From Nitrospinales bacterium (GTDB lineage Bacteria; Nitrospinota; Nitrospinia; Nitrospinales; VA-1): a DNA stretch of 64,000 bases. The notes beneath the pieces are model-generated. The model searched no databases, had not been told where the DNA came from, and was given only the letters and a program-made list of their open reading frames with translations. The stretch covers positions 224,001-288,000 of the forward strand of contig CBDCWG010000012.1 in assembly GCA_965223345.1 (NCBI GenBank). The letters run 5' to 3'. How positions within the stretch are numbered: the first letter of the stretch is position 1; every line of letters begins with the position of its first letter. Positions 47,780 through 58,476 of the stretch are shown here, piece by piece. Position numbers and translations under genes: made by a program.

Positions 47780-49251
47780 TGAACTTACAGGCAATCTTCA
47801 ACGTTGTCGGTGTCCTGCTGCTGTTGCTTTCCGGTCTCCTGCTCGTTCCGATCGGCGTTTCCTTTTATTACGACTCCCCCGCCCTGCCCGGCCATGTCAC
47901 CAGCCTGCAGGCGTTTTCCATCACGCTCGCCGCCGCGTTTTTCACGGGGCTCGCCCTGTGGAAGCTGCTGCCCTCGGGCGTGGAAAAACTGCGGGAGCGC
48001 GAGGGGTTCGCGATCGTGGCGTTCTCCTGGCTGTGCGTCGCCCTGTTCGGCGCGCTGCCGTTCCTTTTGACCGGTGTCTGCCCGAAATTCATCGATGCTT
48101 TTTTTGAAAGCATGAGCGGCTTCACGACCACCGGCGCTTCGGTTTTGACCGACATCGAGGCGGCCCCCAGAGAAATCCTGTTCTGGAGAAACCTGACGCA
48201 GTGGGTCGGCGGCATGGGCATCATCATTCTGTCTCTGGCGATTTTTCCGGTTCTGGGAATCGGCAGCTTCCACCTGTTCAAGGCGGAGATCCCCGGCGGC
48301 TCGACGGTCGAGCGCATGCAGCCGCGACTGGCGGAAACCGCCAAGGTGCTCTGGAAGACCTACCTGGTTCTCACCGTGGTCGAAATCGCGATGCTCAAGG
48401 CCGGGGGACTGGGCTGGTTCGATGCGGTCTGCCACACATTCTCGACGGTGGCGACAGGCGGGTTTTCTCCCTACAACAGCAGCGTCGGGCATTTCAACAG
48501 CGGATACGTGGAGGGGATCATCATTCTTTTCATGTTTCTCGGCGGCGTCAACTTCGCCCTGCACTACCAGCTGGTGGTGCGCAATTTCAAGGCGGTGTTC
48601 CACAATCCGGAGTTTCGCATCTACTGCCTGATGCTCACCGGCGGCATCCTGTTTGCGGCGCTCGCTTTGCTTAAAACCGGGGCGAAAACCGATCCGTCGG
48701 ATGCGTTCCGCAGCGCGGCGTTCACCATCGTTTCGATCAACTCCACCACGGGGTTCGTCACCGACGATTTCAACCAGTGGCCGGATTTTCTCCGGGTGAT
48801 GGTGCTGATGATCATGATGGTGGGGGCCTGCACGGGTTCGACCAGCGGTTCGCTGAAGATCATCCGTTTCATCCTGCTGTTCAAGTTGGTGCTGCGCGAA
48901 TTTAGAAGGCTGGTGCACCCGCGCGCCATCTTTCATATCAAGGTGAGCGGCAAGACGATTGCGCCGGAGCATCTGACCAACGTGGTGGCGCTGACGTTGA
49001 TGTTTCTCGGACTCTCAACCTTCAGTTGTTTTCTGCTGGCGCTGATGGGCGTGGACCTCACGACGGCGTACTCGGCCTCGGTGGCGACGCTGTTCAACAT
49101 CGGCCCCGGCCTGGGTGACGTGGGCGCCACCGGCAACTACGCCGACATCCCCTTCCTCGGCAAAGCCATCGCCATCTCCTGGATGCTGATGGGGCGGCTC
49201 GAGATCTACGGGGTGATGCTGATCTTCCTGCCCATGACCTGGCGCAAATGA
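47779..49251 (+). CDS. trkH: Trk K+ transport membrane subunit
   Basis: FESMSGFTTTGAS, GGMGII, VATGGFS, STTGF, GSTSG, NIGPG, GRLE; TGATG coupling to trkA. Confidence 0.96.
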   Translation: MNLQAIFNVVGVLLLLLSGLLLVPIGVSFYYDSPALPGHVTSLQAFSITLAAAFFTGLALWKLLPSGVEKLREREGFAIVAFSWLCVALFGALPFLLTGVCPKFIDAFFESMSGFTTTGASVLTDIEAAPREILFWRNLTQWVGGMGIIILSLAIFPVLGIGSFHLFKAEIPGGSTVERMQPRLAETAKVLWKTYLVLTVVEIAMLKAGGLGWFDAVCHTFSTVATGGFSPYNSSVGHFNSGYVEGIIILFMFLGGVNFALHYQLVVRNFKAVFHNPEFRIYCLMLTGGILFAALALLKTGAKTDPSDAFRSAAFTIVSINSTTGFVTDDFNQWPDFLRVMVLMIMMVGACTGSTSGSLKIIRFILLFKLVLREFRRLVHPRAIFHIKVSGKTIAPEHLTNVVALTLMFLGLSTFSCFLLALMGVDLTTAYSASVATLFNIGPGLGDVGATGNYADIPFLGKAIAISWMLMGRLEIYGVMLIFLPMTWRK

Positions 49252-49460
49252 TCCCGTCGATCTCCCCCTGAATCCGCCTGCCCGGACCTGTTCTCCGCTC
49301 GGATGCGACCCGCCGGACGGGAAAGCCGTGGCCCCGGTTCTCCCCGATGCGGACGCCGGGGAAATAACGATTGATTTTGCACACTCAATATTTTACTATT
49401 CCATGATTCCCGGCAAAGCGGTCCATTTTTCAACAGTTTTATTGTGAGCGTGGCGCCTTT

Positions 49461-49489
49461 TTGCCGGACGATGCGCAAACCGGTATTCT
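49461..49489 (+). promoter_or_regulatory. Putative oad operon promoter (second candidate at 49371-49399)
   Basis: TTGCCG-17nt-TATTCT; also TTGATT-17nt-TACTAT further upstream. Confidence 0.45.
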
Positions 49490-49685
49490 TAACACCAAGA
49501 AAGTTTCGGTCTGAATCCCATACTGCGACCCGCTTCACTCCCCAGTTTGATTGCACAGGGGCAGCGGTTTTTTTTTGGGGTTTTGCGGCGGGTTTGCGGG
49601 CAGTGAAGAGTCTTCGGCCTGGAGCGGACAGAAACGGCCGGAGGCTGAAATGTGAATTCAGCCGTAAAAAAAAGGATAACGGACT

Positions 49686-51491
49686 ATGGGAGACGCACCT
49701 CGCCCCATTAAAATCACCGATGTCATATTGAGGGATGCCCATCAATCTCTGCTCGCCACGCGGATGCGAACGGAAGACATGCTCCCCATCGCCGGAAAAC
49801 TCGACCAGGTCGGATTCTTCTCGCTGGAGATGTGGGGCGGAGCCACCTTCGATTCCTGCATCCGGTTTCTCAACGAAGACCCGTGGGACCGGATCCGCAA
49901 GCTCAAGCAGAAGATTCCCAACACGCCCTTTCAAATGCTGCTGCGGGGGCAGAACTGCGTGGGCTACCGGCATTACGCGGACGACATCGTCGAGCGTTTC
50001 GTCAAGCATTCCGCCGACGAAGGCATCAACATCTTTCGCATCTTCGATGCGCTCAACGATTTCAGGAATATCGAGACGGCGGTCAACACCGTGAAAAAAT
50101 GCGGCGAAACCGTCGAAGGCACGATCAGCTACACGGTGAGCCCGGTGCACAGCATCGATCTTTACCTCAAGATGGCTAAAGACCTTGAGAACATGGGATC
50201 GGACATCATCTGCATCAAGGACATGGCGGGCCTGCTCACGCCCTCGGTCACGCGCGAGCTGATCAGCGAGATCAAGAAAAACATCAAACTGCCGATTCAC
50301 CTGCACACGCATTCCACCACGGGGCTTGCGGGCATGAACATCCAGTGCGCCATCGACGCCGGCGTGGACATGGTGGACACCGCCATCTCCAGCATGGCGA
50401 TGGGAACCTCGCATTACCCGACGGAGAGCCTGGTGGCCGCGCTCAAGGGCACGCCGCACGACACGGGGCTGGACATGAACCTGCTGGAGGAGATCGCCGA
50501 CTATTTCTCCGAGGTGCGCAAAAACTACGCGCAGTTCGAGAGCGACTTCAAAGGCGTGGACGTCAACATCCTCGACTCGCAGATTCCCGGCGGCATGATC
50601 TCCAACATGGAAAACCAGTTGAAGGAACAGAACGCCATCGACAAGCTGGACGAGGTGTTGAAGGAGGTCCCGCGGGTGCGCAAGGACATGGGCTACCCGC
50701 CTCTGGTCACGCCCACCAGCCAGATCGTCGGTTCGCAGGCCACGCTGAACGTGTTGACGGGTGAGCGCTACAAGATCATCACCAAGGAAACGCGGGAGTG
50801 CGTGCTTGGCAAATACGGCCGGCTGCCCGGTCCGCTCGATGAAGCGCTGCTGGCGAAGGTCTCGGAAAACGAAAAGATCATCGACTGCCGGCCCGCGGAT
50901 CTTCTGGAGCCCGAATGGGAGGGCGTGGTGAAGGAACTCGGCGACAAATACACCTCCGAGGAAGACCGCCTCTCTTACGCGTTGTTTCCCAAGGTGGCGC
51001 TGAAATTTTTTGAGACGCGGGGCAAACCGCTGCCGGAATCCCCCGCACCCCAGGCTGCCGCCAAGACAGCGGCACAACCGGCTGCGGCAGCCGCACCGGC
51101 CCAGGCTTCCGCACTCACGGGAGCCACGGCTTTCAACGTGAAGGTGAACGGCCGGGATTATTTCGTCGAAGTCAGCCACGGCGGCGCAGCGGCTCCTGCT
51201 GCTGCACCCGCAGCCGCCCAACCGGCAACCCCGGCTCCCGCTGCCGCACCGGCCCCCGCGCCGGCTCAAAGTGGACAGGGTCAGGCGGTGGTCGCGCCGC
51301 TTCCCGGATCGGTGTTCGCCATCAAATGCAGCGTCGGCGATGCGGTCACCGAAAACGACACGCTGGTCGTGCTCGAATCCATGAAAATGGAATCGGAGGT
51401 CAAATCCACCGCAACGGGAACCGTGCAGTCAATCGCGGTCAAGGAAGGCGACAAAATTCAAACCGGTGACACTCTGGTGATCGTAGGCTGA
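49686..51491 (+). CDS. oadA: Oxaloacetate decarboxylase alpha subunit (carboxyltransferase plus biotin carrier)
   Basis: [51 protein letters not shown], Ala/Pro linker, ESMKM biotin site. Confidence 0.93.
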   Translation: MGDAPRPIKITDVILRDAHQSLLATRMRTEDMLPIAGKLDQVGFFSLEMWGGATFDSCIRFLNEDPWDRIRKLKQKIPNTPFQMLLRGQNCVGYRHYADDIVERFVKHSADEGINIFRIFDALNDFRNIETAVNTVKKCGETVEGTISYTVSPVHSIDLYLKMAKDLENMGSDIICIKDMAGLLTPSVTRELISEIKKNIKLPIHLHTHSTTGLAGMNIQCAIDAGVDMVDTAISSMAMGTSHYPTESLVAALKGTPHDTGLDMNLLEEIADYFSEVRKNYAQFESDFKGVDVNILDSQIPGGMISNMENQLKEQNAIDKLDEVLKEVPRVRKDMGYPPLVTPTSQIVGSQATLNVLTGERYKIITKETRECVLGKYGRLPGPLDEALLAKVSENEKIIDCRPADLLEPEWEGVVKELGDKYTSEEDRLSYALFPKVALKFFETRGKPLPESPAPQAAAKTAAQPAAAAAPAQASALTGATAFNVKVNGRDYFVEVSHGGAAAPAAAPAAAQPATPAPAAAPAPAPAQSGQGQAVVAPLPGSVFAIKCSVGDAVTENDTLVVLESMKMESEVKSTATGTVQSIAVKEGDKIQTGDTLVIVG

Positions 51492-52681
51492 TGGATCTCA
51501 ACTTCACGGACGCCGCAGCAAAGGTTCTTGGCAGCACCGGATTCACCGCCCTGACCACGGGACACGCGGTCATGCTGGTTGTCGCCTGTGTCCTGATCTA
51601 CCTCGCGATCTGGAAAAAATTTGAGCCGCTTCTGCTTTTGCCCATCGGCTTCGGCTGCCTGATGGCCAACCTGCCGATGAGCCTGATGACCTCGACCGAC
51701 GAAGGCGGCCTGCTGAACTTTTTCTACATGGGGGTGAAGCATGAGATCCTGCCGCCGCTGATTTTTCTCGGTGTCGGCGCGCTCACGGATTTCGGGCCGC
51801 TGCTGGCGAACCCTTCGACGCTGCTGCTAGGGGCGGCGGCGCAGATCGGTGTGTACACCACCCTGATCGGCGCGGTGGCCCTGGGCTTCACGCTGGAAGA
51901 GGCGGGCGCCATCGGCATCATCGGCGGCGCCGACGGACCCACTTCCATCTTCATCGCCAGCAAACTGGCGCCGCATCTATTGGCCCCCATTGCGGTGGCG
52001 GCGTATTCCTACATGTCGCTGGTGCCCCTGATTCAACCGCCCATCATGCGCTTTCTCACCACCGAGAAAGAACGCACCATCAAAATGGAACAGCTCAAGC
52101 CGATCTCGCAGACGGTGAAGATCCTGTTTCCGGTGGTGGTGACGCTGATCTGCTGCCTCATGCTCCCCGGAGTGACGCCACTTCTGGGGATGCTGATGCT
52201 GGGCAATCTGTTCCGCGAGTGCGGCGTGACGGCGCGGCTGCATGAAACTTCGGAAACGCATCTCATCAACATCGTCACGATCCTGCTGGCTCTCGCGGTC
52301 GGTTCGTCGATGACGGCGGAATCCTTTCTGAAAGTGGAAACCCTTAAGATCATCGTGCTGGGGCTTTTGGCCTTCTGCATGGCCACCGCGGGTGGGGTGA
52401 TCTTCGGAAAGATCATGAGCAAGGTCTCCGGTGGCAAGGTCAATCCGCTGATCGGTTCGGCGGGTGTTTCGGCGGTGCCGATGGCGGCGCGGGTGTCGCA
52501 GAAAGTCGGCGCCGAAGAAGACCACACGAATTTCCTGCTGATGCACGCGATGGGCCCCAATGTGGCGGGCGTCATCGGCAGCGCGGTGGCGGCGGGCGTG
52601 TTCATCTCCCTGTTCGGTTCTCCGGGACCGGAAACCCACGCGGCGGTCGAAGCGGTCGCGCAAGAGTTGACCCTGCCCTGA
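51491..52681 (+). CDS. oadB: Na+-translocating decarboxylase beta subunit
   Basis: [56 protein letters not shown]. Confidence 0.95.
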   Translation: MDLNFTDAAAKVLGSTGFTALTTGHAVMLVVACVLIYLAIWKKFEPLLLLPIGFGCLMANLPMSLMTSTDEGGLLNFFYMGVKHEILPPLIFLGVGALTDFGPLLANPSTLLLGAAAQIGVYTTLIGAVALGFTLEEAGAIGIIGGADGPTSIFIASKLAPHLLAPIAVAAYSYMSLVPLIQPPIMRFLTTEKERTIKMEQLKPISQTVKILFPVVVTLICCLMLPGVTPLLGMLMLGNLFRECGVTARLHETSETHLINIVTILLALAVGSSMTAESFLKVETLKIIVLGLLAFCMATAGGVIFGKIMSKVSGGKVNPLIGSAGVSAVPMAARVSQKVGAEEDHTNFLLMHAMGPNVAGVIGSAVAAGVFISLFGSPGPETHAAVEAVAQELTLP

Positions 52682-52688
52682 GGAACCC

Positions 52689-52955
52689 ATGAACTCCGCA
52701 CTGCTCACCTCGGTTTCGATTTCCCTGCTGGCGATGGGCGTGATCTTCATCGTCCTGATCCTGCTCATCTTCACGATCCAGATCCTGGTCACCCTGATTC
52801 CCTACCAGGAACCGCCGGCCGCACCGGTGAAAAAGACCGCGCCGCCGCCGGCCGCCGAAGAAGACGAGCACGTGGCGGTGATCGCGTCTGCGCTGGCCGC
52901 GCACATGGGCAAATCCCTGGATCAGTTCCGCATCGTCAACATCTCCTCGCGCTGA
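52689..52955 (+). CDS. oadG: Na+-translocating decarboxylase gamma subunit
   Basis: N-terminal TM (MGVIFIVLILL), Pro/Ala linker, VAVIASAL..H. Confidence 0.85.
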   Translation: MNSALLTSVSISLLAMGVIFIVLILLIFTIQILVTLIPYQEPPAAPVKKTAPPPAAEEDEHVAVIASALAAHMGKSLDQFRIVNISSR

Positions 52956-53026
52956 ACCCGCTGCGTCATTGGGCGCAACACGCCGCCCTCATCACACCGA
53001 AAAAATCATTGTAACTTTACAGACGA

Positions 53027-56000
53027 TCAGTTCGTGTCTTCGGAAGGCAGGGTAAGGATGTATTCGGGCGTCTGCAGAATACCCTGGAAAATGCCGGTGA
53101 CTTTTTTGGTGAGGGAGGTGAAGGGAATGGGCCGGATGTTGGGATCGTCGAACCGGCCTTTGACGGTGAAATAGGTTTTCACCAGGCTCTGTTCGTCGCC
53201 GCCGGTGATGATCTTTCCGACCACGGGGATTTTGGTGAGGATTTTATCGAGGTCCGCAAGCGGCGCGACGCCCAGCACCGCGTCGATTTCGTTGCGGTCG
53301 AGATCGAACTTGCCCACCAGGGAGCTGCGGCGCGTCTCGTCTTCGTAGATGAAGTTCTCGGTCTGGGCGATGCCTTCGGACAGGGTGAACCGGCCGGCGA
53401 TCTGCTCGTAGCGGGTGGGGCCGTTGTCGGTGTCCTCTTCGGTCACTTTTTTCAACGAGCCGAACAGGCGCAGGAAACCGAGTTTGAGGCGCGGGTAATC
53501 GAGCTGGCCGTCCCGGAAATCGAACGCCAGCTTGGCCACCAGGGACTTGCCCACTTCGGACCAGCCTTTGCCCTGCCCTTTGACGCGGATGTCGAGGGTT
53601 TTCATCTGCCCGGTCAAGGCCTCATCGAAGGTGTCGCCGAACAGCTCGAAAAAATGCCGGGCGGGAATTTCCTTGGCCCGCAGCAGTCCCCTGAATTGCG
53701 CCTGGTCCGGGTTCTCAAATTCCATCACTCCGCGCCCCTGGATCCGGCTGGGCTTGCCGAAATCCAGCCGCTGGATGTTCAGTTTTTTATCTTCGACGGC
53801 GATATCGCCCGAAACGGCTTTCAGGTTGAGGACGCGGTAGTCCAGGGTGTCGAGATCGAAGGCGATGCGGCAGGCACCTTTGCTGAACAAAGTGACGTCG
53901 TCGAGGAAGGTCGCCAGGGTGCCGCCCTCGCCGGTCTCGGGCAGCAACTCGTCCAGAATCAGATCCTGTCCCTGAATCTTCAAATCCAGTTTCGGCTGCG
54001 TCCCCTGCTGGTAGATCGCGTTGAACCGCAACCGGGTGCGGTCCGACTCCAGCTTGCCCTGCTGCACTTCGAACCGCCCGCCGGAAAACGCCACCTGCGC
54101 GTTGAGAATAAAATCGTGCAGGTTTTTACGGGGAGAAAATCTAAGATCTTTGAGAACGGCGTTTCCGGAAAATTCGACGCTGTCAAAATCCTTGAGACTG
54201 CCTTTGCCGGTGACGTTGAAATCCGCGCTGCCGTCGCGGTTGTCGTGCAACGGCTGCAACACCGGGGCCACCACATAGGTTTTGAAATTCCTGGAATCCA
54301 GAGTCACGGTGAAACGCTGACTGTCCAGGTCGTCGATCTTGCCGCTGCCTTTGATGGAATTGCCGCCCAGTTCGTATTCCAGATCGTCGATGCGGATTCC
54401 CTGTTGCGTGCGATACGTTCCGCGCATGTGGAATTCGTTGAAGAAATTCTCCTGCTTGAAGAACGTGTCGCCGTAGCGGTAACCGGCCTGAGACAGATCC
54501 AGGCGGTGGTCGAACCGGAACGCTTCGGAGGTGCCGTCGAGCTTGAGCGTGGTCTCGGCGCTGCCGGTGAATTTCAGGTCGCCCAGAAACGGCAGTCCGG
54601 AAAGGGAGGTGGAAGTCACGTCGGGGGATTTCAGGATCAGGGAGAATTGCAGTCCCTGTTTCGTCTCGGGACCGAGGTCGCCTTCCACATGAAAACGGGC
54701 GCCGCCGTAGAGCCCTTCGATGTTGGTGAGCTTCAACCGGTCCTCGCCGAATTCCAGGCCGCCGGTCAGCTCGGTCACCGGCAGCGGCCCATCGCGGGGC
54801 TGCACCGCCAGATTCAACAGGGTGATCTTTCCCCATTCTTTCATCCCATCGGGCAACTGCGGGTTTCCGTATTCGTTGAAATTCACCTCCACGCCTCCCT
54901 GGGTGAAGTCCAGGTCCTCGTGCAGGGAGTCGAAAGGTTCGGACAGTTCCAGGTCGGCGACCACTTTCGGAAGCTGCTGGGCATGGATGCGAAAAATTCC
55001 ATTGGCGGACTTGAGCGGGATTCCCTTTTTCAGAAAGATTTTTCCTTCCATATTGGAAAAGGAACTGGAACCGAATTTCCCCGAAAAACCTTCATAGTGC
55101 AGCAGGAGAAACTCGGTTTTGCGCTTGATCACCCGGTCGGGCAGCTGGTTGAAGTGGATGATGCCGGTCACGTTCTCGAGCCGCGGGCCGATGGTTTTGT
55201 CGTTTAAGGAAACGTTGTCGAGAAACAGGTCCGCCTTGATGGAAAGATCTTCGCTCCGTTCCAGCGGACCGGAAAGGCGCATGAGAAATTTTCCGGAGCC
55301 GCGAAAATCGCTGTAGTCGCTGAGGTACTCCTGCGACTCCGGGTCGTCGCCGATCAGCTTCAATAAAATGCGGTGGAATTTGCGCATGTCCACCGCGGTT
55401 TCAATGGAAAGATCGGCGACCGGGTTGAAGATCAGGTTGCGGATGGTCCCCTGGATGCTGGAAATCGCCTGATTCTCATAGATGGCGCCATCGACCTTGA
55501 ACGTGCTGATGCCCGATTCGACGCGCACGGAGCCGGTGACTTTCTTGAAAGGGAACAACGGTTCCTGCCAGTCCATGTTTTCCATGAACACGTGCGCCGA
55601 ATAGAGCTTGTGGTTTTCGGCCTGGTCGAGATTCTTGAGCTGGCTCAGGGTGCCGGCGAACTGGATGGATTCGATCTTGATGTTGCCGTTGCGGAACCGC
55701 TTCTGCACGCGTTGGTGATACCCTTCGGGCAGGATGTGCAGCGGCAGGTAGTTGCGCGTCTTGTTGATGGGAAAACTGCTGGTGGAAAACTTGAGCGTGA
55801 TGGAAGGGTCTTTGCTCTGAAAAGCCGACAGAATGCCCATGCCGGTGAACGCAAACTCTCCGGTTTCCATCCGCACTTCCTGGACTTCGAAACGGTCGCG
55901 GTTCATGCGCACGCTGTAATCGAGGGTTCCCCTGGGCGGAAACTGGATGCTGGCGGCCTTCGCGCTTTTACGGCTCTGATCGAGAAGGTATTCAAACTTT

Positions 56001-56845
56001 CCTGCGGTCTGCAATCCTTCCTGCAAGCCGCCGGAAAACCCCGACTCGAAAGACACCCGCGCTTCCTTGAAGCTTTCCGGAATCCAGCGCTTGAGGTAGG
56101 GTTGAAATTTTTCCACTTCAAGATTGAGGATTTCCGCGACGCCTTCCACGGAAAGATCGGCGATGTTGCGATTTTTGAGTGTCGTGTCCACACTGCCGGA
56201 CAGGTTGAACATCGCGGGCGTGACCTTGCCGGGAAGCGCTCCTTCAAAGCGGAACTCAAACGGGATCTGCAATATTTTCTTGCGCAGCAGAATGTAGATG
56301 TCCTGCACCACGATCGGTTCGGGGTCGGGCTCCTCGCTCATCTTGTAATCGTAAAACCGGACCGTCCCGCCTTTCACCTCCACCCGCCGCATGAATTTGG
56401 CGTTGAGGATCTTGAGCAGGCCTTCGCCGGAATCGTTCGCCGCCTTTTCTCCTCCCAGACTGATGTTGAATTCACCCGCTTCATCGCGGATCAGTTGAAT
56501 GGAGGCCCCTTCGATCACGATTTTTTTCAGTTCCACGTTCTGCCTGAGCAGCGGCCAGAGCTTGATGACCATCCACAGTTTTTTGGCGAAGAACCGGGGT
56601 TCGCCCTGATGAAAACCGCCGATGCGCACGTCCTGGATCTGCACGCGGATGCCCTTGGTGAAGCTCATGTCCGCGGAACGGATGGACACTTCCCGTCCGG
56701 TCATGCGTTCCAGCCGCTCGATGGCGACCTTCTTGATATTCTCGATATCGCTCAGCTGAAAATAAAACATCGTGCCGATGGCCAACGCGGCCACGAGCAG
56801 CGTCGCCACCGAATACAAAGCGATCTTTTTTTTCGAGACGGCCAT
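53027..56845 (-). CDS. AsmA/YhdP-like protein, 1272 aa
   Basis: N-terminal TM, AsmA-like N-domain, and an AsmA_2-like C-terminus (YEQIAGRFTL.EG...LTKIPVVG...YFTVKGRFDDP). Confidence 0.85.
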   Translation of the reverse strand: MAVSKKKIALYSVATLLVAALAIGTMFYFQLSDIENIKKVAIERLERMTGREVSIRSADMSFTKGIRVQIQDVRIGGFHQGEPRFFAKKLWMVIKLWPLLRQNVELKKIVIEGASIQLIRDEAGEFNISLGGEKAANDSGEGLLKILNAKFMRRVEVKGGTVRFYDYKMSEEPDPEPIVVQDIYILLRKKILQIPFEFRFEGALPGKVTPAMFNLSGSVDTTLKNRNIADLSVEGVAEILNLEVEKFQPYLKRWIPESFKEARVSFESGFSGGLQEGLQTAGKFEYLLDQSRKSAKAASIQFPPRGTLDYSVRMNRDRFEVQEVRMETGEFAFTGMGILSAFQSKDPSITLKFSTSSFPINKTRNYLPLHILPEGYHQRVQKRFRNGNIKIESIQFAGTLSQLKNLDQAENHKLYSAHVFMENMDWQEPLFPFKKVTGSVRVESGISTFKVDGAIYENQAISSIQGTIRNLIFNPVADLSIETAVDMRKFHRILLKLIGDDPESQEYLSDYSDFRGSGKFLMRLSGPLERSEDLSIKADLFLDNVSLNDKTIGPRLENVTGIIHFNQLPDRVIKRKTEFLLLHYEGFSGKFGSSSFSNMEGKIFLKKGIPLKSANGIFRIHAQQLPKVVADLELSEPFDSLHEDLDFTQGGVEVNFNEYGNPQLPDGMKEWGKITLLNLAVQPRDGPLPVTELTGGLEFGEDRLKLTNIEGLYGGARFHVEGDLGPETKQGLQFSLILKSPDVTSTSLSGLPFLGDLKFTGSAETTLKLDGTSEAFRFDHRLDLSQAGYRYGDTFFKQENFFNEFHMRGTYRTQQGIRIDDLEYELGGNSIKGSGKIDDLDSQRFTVTLDSRNFKTYVVAPVLQPLHDNRDGSADFNVTGKGSLKDFDSVEFSGNAVLKDLRFSPRKNLHDFILNAQVAFSGGRFEVQQGKLESDRTRLRFNAIYQQGTQPKLDLKIQGQDLILDELLPETGEGGTLATFLDDVTLFSKGACRIAFDLDTLDYRVLNLKAVSGDIAVEDKKLNIQRLDFGKPSRIQGRGVMEFENPDQAQFRGLLRAKEIPARHFFELFGDTFDEALTGQMKTLDIRVKGQGKGWSEVGKSLVAKLAFDFRDGQLDYPRLKLGFLRLFGSLKKVTEEDTDNGPTRYEQIAGRFTLSEGIAQTENFIYEDETRRSSLVGKFDLDRNEIDAVLGVAPLADLDKILTKIPVVGKIITGGDEQSLVKTYFTVKGRFDDPNIRPIPFTSLTKKVTGIFQGILQTPEYILTLPSEDTN

Positions 56846-57086
56846 GGAATTTAACGGGAACGAATCCGAAACAGGTTAGAATGGGTCGGAAAATTCAACC
56901 CTCAGGGTCCGTGAAAACATGCGTGACTGTCCCGGGATGTTTGCGGGAGGAAATACCGGTTCTGGATTTGGCCCCTGTGTTGCGGGCTTCCTTTCCGGTT
57001 TGCGGGCGTTTCCGGGATGCGGCCCGCCGTTCTCTCAGTTTCGCCTGCCCAAACAGGCGCGGGCTTCATCTGGCTGAAAGGCCGCC

Positions 57087-57860
57087 ATGCGTGATAAAAA
57101 ACAACAGCTGATCTTCGGGATCCACCCCGTCACGAAAGCGCTCAAAAACAACCAGCGCGAGTGCTATAAAATCGTCGTCAAAGAAGGCGCTTCCAATTCC
57201 CGGATCGGTGCGGTGCTCCCTCTGGCGAAAGCCAGGAAGGTGAGGGTGGAAACGCTCCCGGCGGCGGCATTCAACGAGAAATACCGCGCGCATGTCCATC
57301 AAAGTATTATAGGCTATTTTTCCGAAAAAGAATCGCTGGATGTGGCCGATCTCATCGAGCGGGCGTTGAGCCGCGAGCCCGCGCCCACGCTGGTTCTGCT
57401 GGATGAAATCCAGGATCCGCAGAACCTCGGGGCGATCCTCCGCTCCGCCGAAGCGCTGGGAATTCAAGGCATCGTCCTGCCCAGGCGCCGCAGCGCGCCG
57501 CTCAACGAGTCCGCCGCGAAAACCTCGGCGGGCGCGATCGAGCATCTGGACTGCGCCACGGTTTCCAACCTGACGCATGCGGTGGATCTGTTGAAAAAGG
57601 CGGGGTTCTGGATCGTGGGGGTGGATGCGGCCGGCGGCACGCCCTGCCACGCGTTTTCTTTCGACATGCCGCACGCGCTCATCATCGGCGGGGAGGCCAA
57701 GGGGATCCGCCCGCTTTTGCGCAAACGCTGCGATTTTTCCGTGACCATTCCGATGACCGGGGCCACCGAGTCGCTCAACGCGTCGGCGGCGGCGGCGGTG
57801 ATCTTTTACGAAATCCTGCGGCAAAAAAAATCAGCCGAGCCACAACGGGACGCCGACTGA
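57087..57860 (+). CDS. rlmB: 23S rRNA Gm2251 2'-O-methyltransferase (SPOUT)
   Basis: IFGIHPV, HQ, LDEIQDPQNLGAILRSA, SAGA, GGEAKG, IPM.G..ESLNAS. Confidence 0.92.
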   Translation: MRDKKQQLIFGIHPVTKALKNNQRECYKIVVKEGASNSRIGAVLPLAKARKVRVETLPAAAFNEKYRAHVHQSIIGYFSEKESLDVADLIERALSREPAPTLVLLDEIQDPQNLGAILRSAEALGIQGIVLPRRRSAPLNESAAKTSAGAIEHLDCATVSNLTHAVDLLKKAGFWIVGVDAAGGTPCHAFSFDMPHALIIGGEAKGIRPLLRKRCDFSVTIPMTGATESLNASAAAAVIFYEILRQKKSAEPQRDAD

Positions 57861-57915
57861 CGCCCAACCGGTTTCCGTTTACCGCTCCCACCGTTCGACG
57901 CGGATCGATGCCAAT

Positions 57916-57956
57916 AAAAAAAGCGGCCCAACCCGAAGGTTGACACGCCGCTTTTT
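57916..57956. terminator. Bidirectional terminator between rlmB and rpsU
   Basis: AAAAAAAGCGGC...CAACC-CGAA-GGTTG...GCCGCTTTTT. Confidence 0.8.
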
Positions 57957-57978
57957 ACCCTGCTGAAAACCGGACCGC

Positions 57979-58179
57979 TCACATGGAGAACGAACGTCTT
58001 CTCCGCATGGCCGCTTTTCGTTTCTTTTTTGCTTCTTTTTGCTTGCGCTTTTTCTTCACGGAAGGTTTTTCATAAAACCTTCTGCGTTTCAGCTCTTTCA
58101 GCAGCCCTTCTTTTGTCATCTGCCGCTTGAGCACTTTCAAAGCTTTTTCGACCTGGTTCTGGTAGACAGTTACTTCCAA
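57979..58179 (-). CDS. rpsU: 30S ribosomal protein S21
   Basis: VEKALKVLKRQ...ELKRRRFYEKPS; TTG start with GGAGG RBS. Confidence 0.96.
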   Translation of the reverse strand: MEVTVYQNQVEKALKVLKRQMTKEGLLKELKRRRFYEKPSVKKKRKQKEAKKKRKAAMRRRRSFSM

Positions 58180-58329
58180 AAAATATTACCCCCCTCCATC
58201 GTTGGTTAGATTTAATGAATAAAATTCAAAGGTTTTGATCAACCCCGCAAACTCATCAACCCGTTCCCGTAGAACACCCCGGTTTTGCGGCACCGGATTT
58301 TCGCACACTCTGGGAACGGTAAATTCTAG

Positions 58330-58358
58330 ATTATGTCTGGAACCGGACGCAAAGTCAA
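58330..58358 (-). promoter_or_regulatory. Putative rpsU promoter
   Basis: Minus strand TTGACT-17nt-CATAAT. Confidence 0.55.
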
Positions 58359-58476
58359 TCATTTAATCCCGAAAGGCCGTTGTTTTTTCGCGGCGAGCCG
58401 GGGCGGCAGGATTTGGTTTGCCCCCCGGTTTCCTGTATATTTTAGATACGACTCACCCCTTTATTCGAGTGAATGC

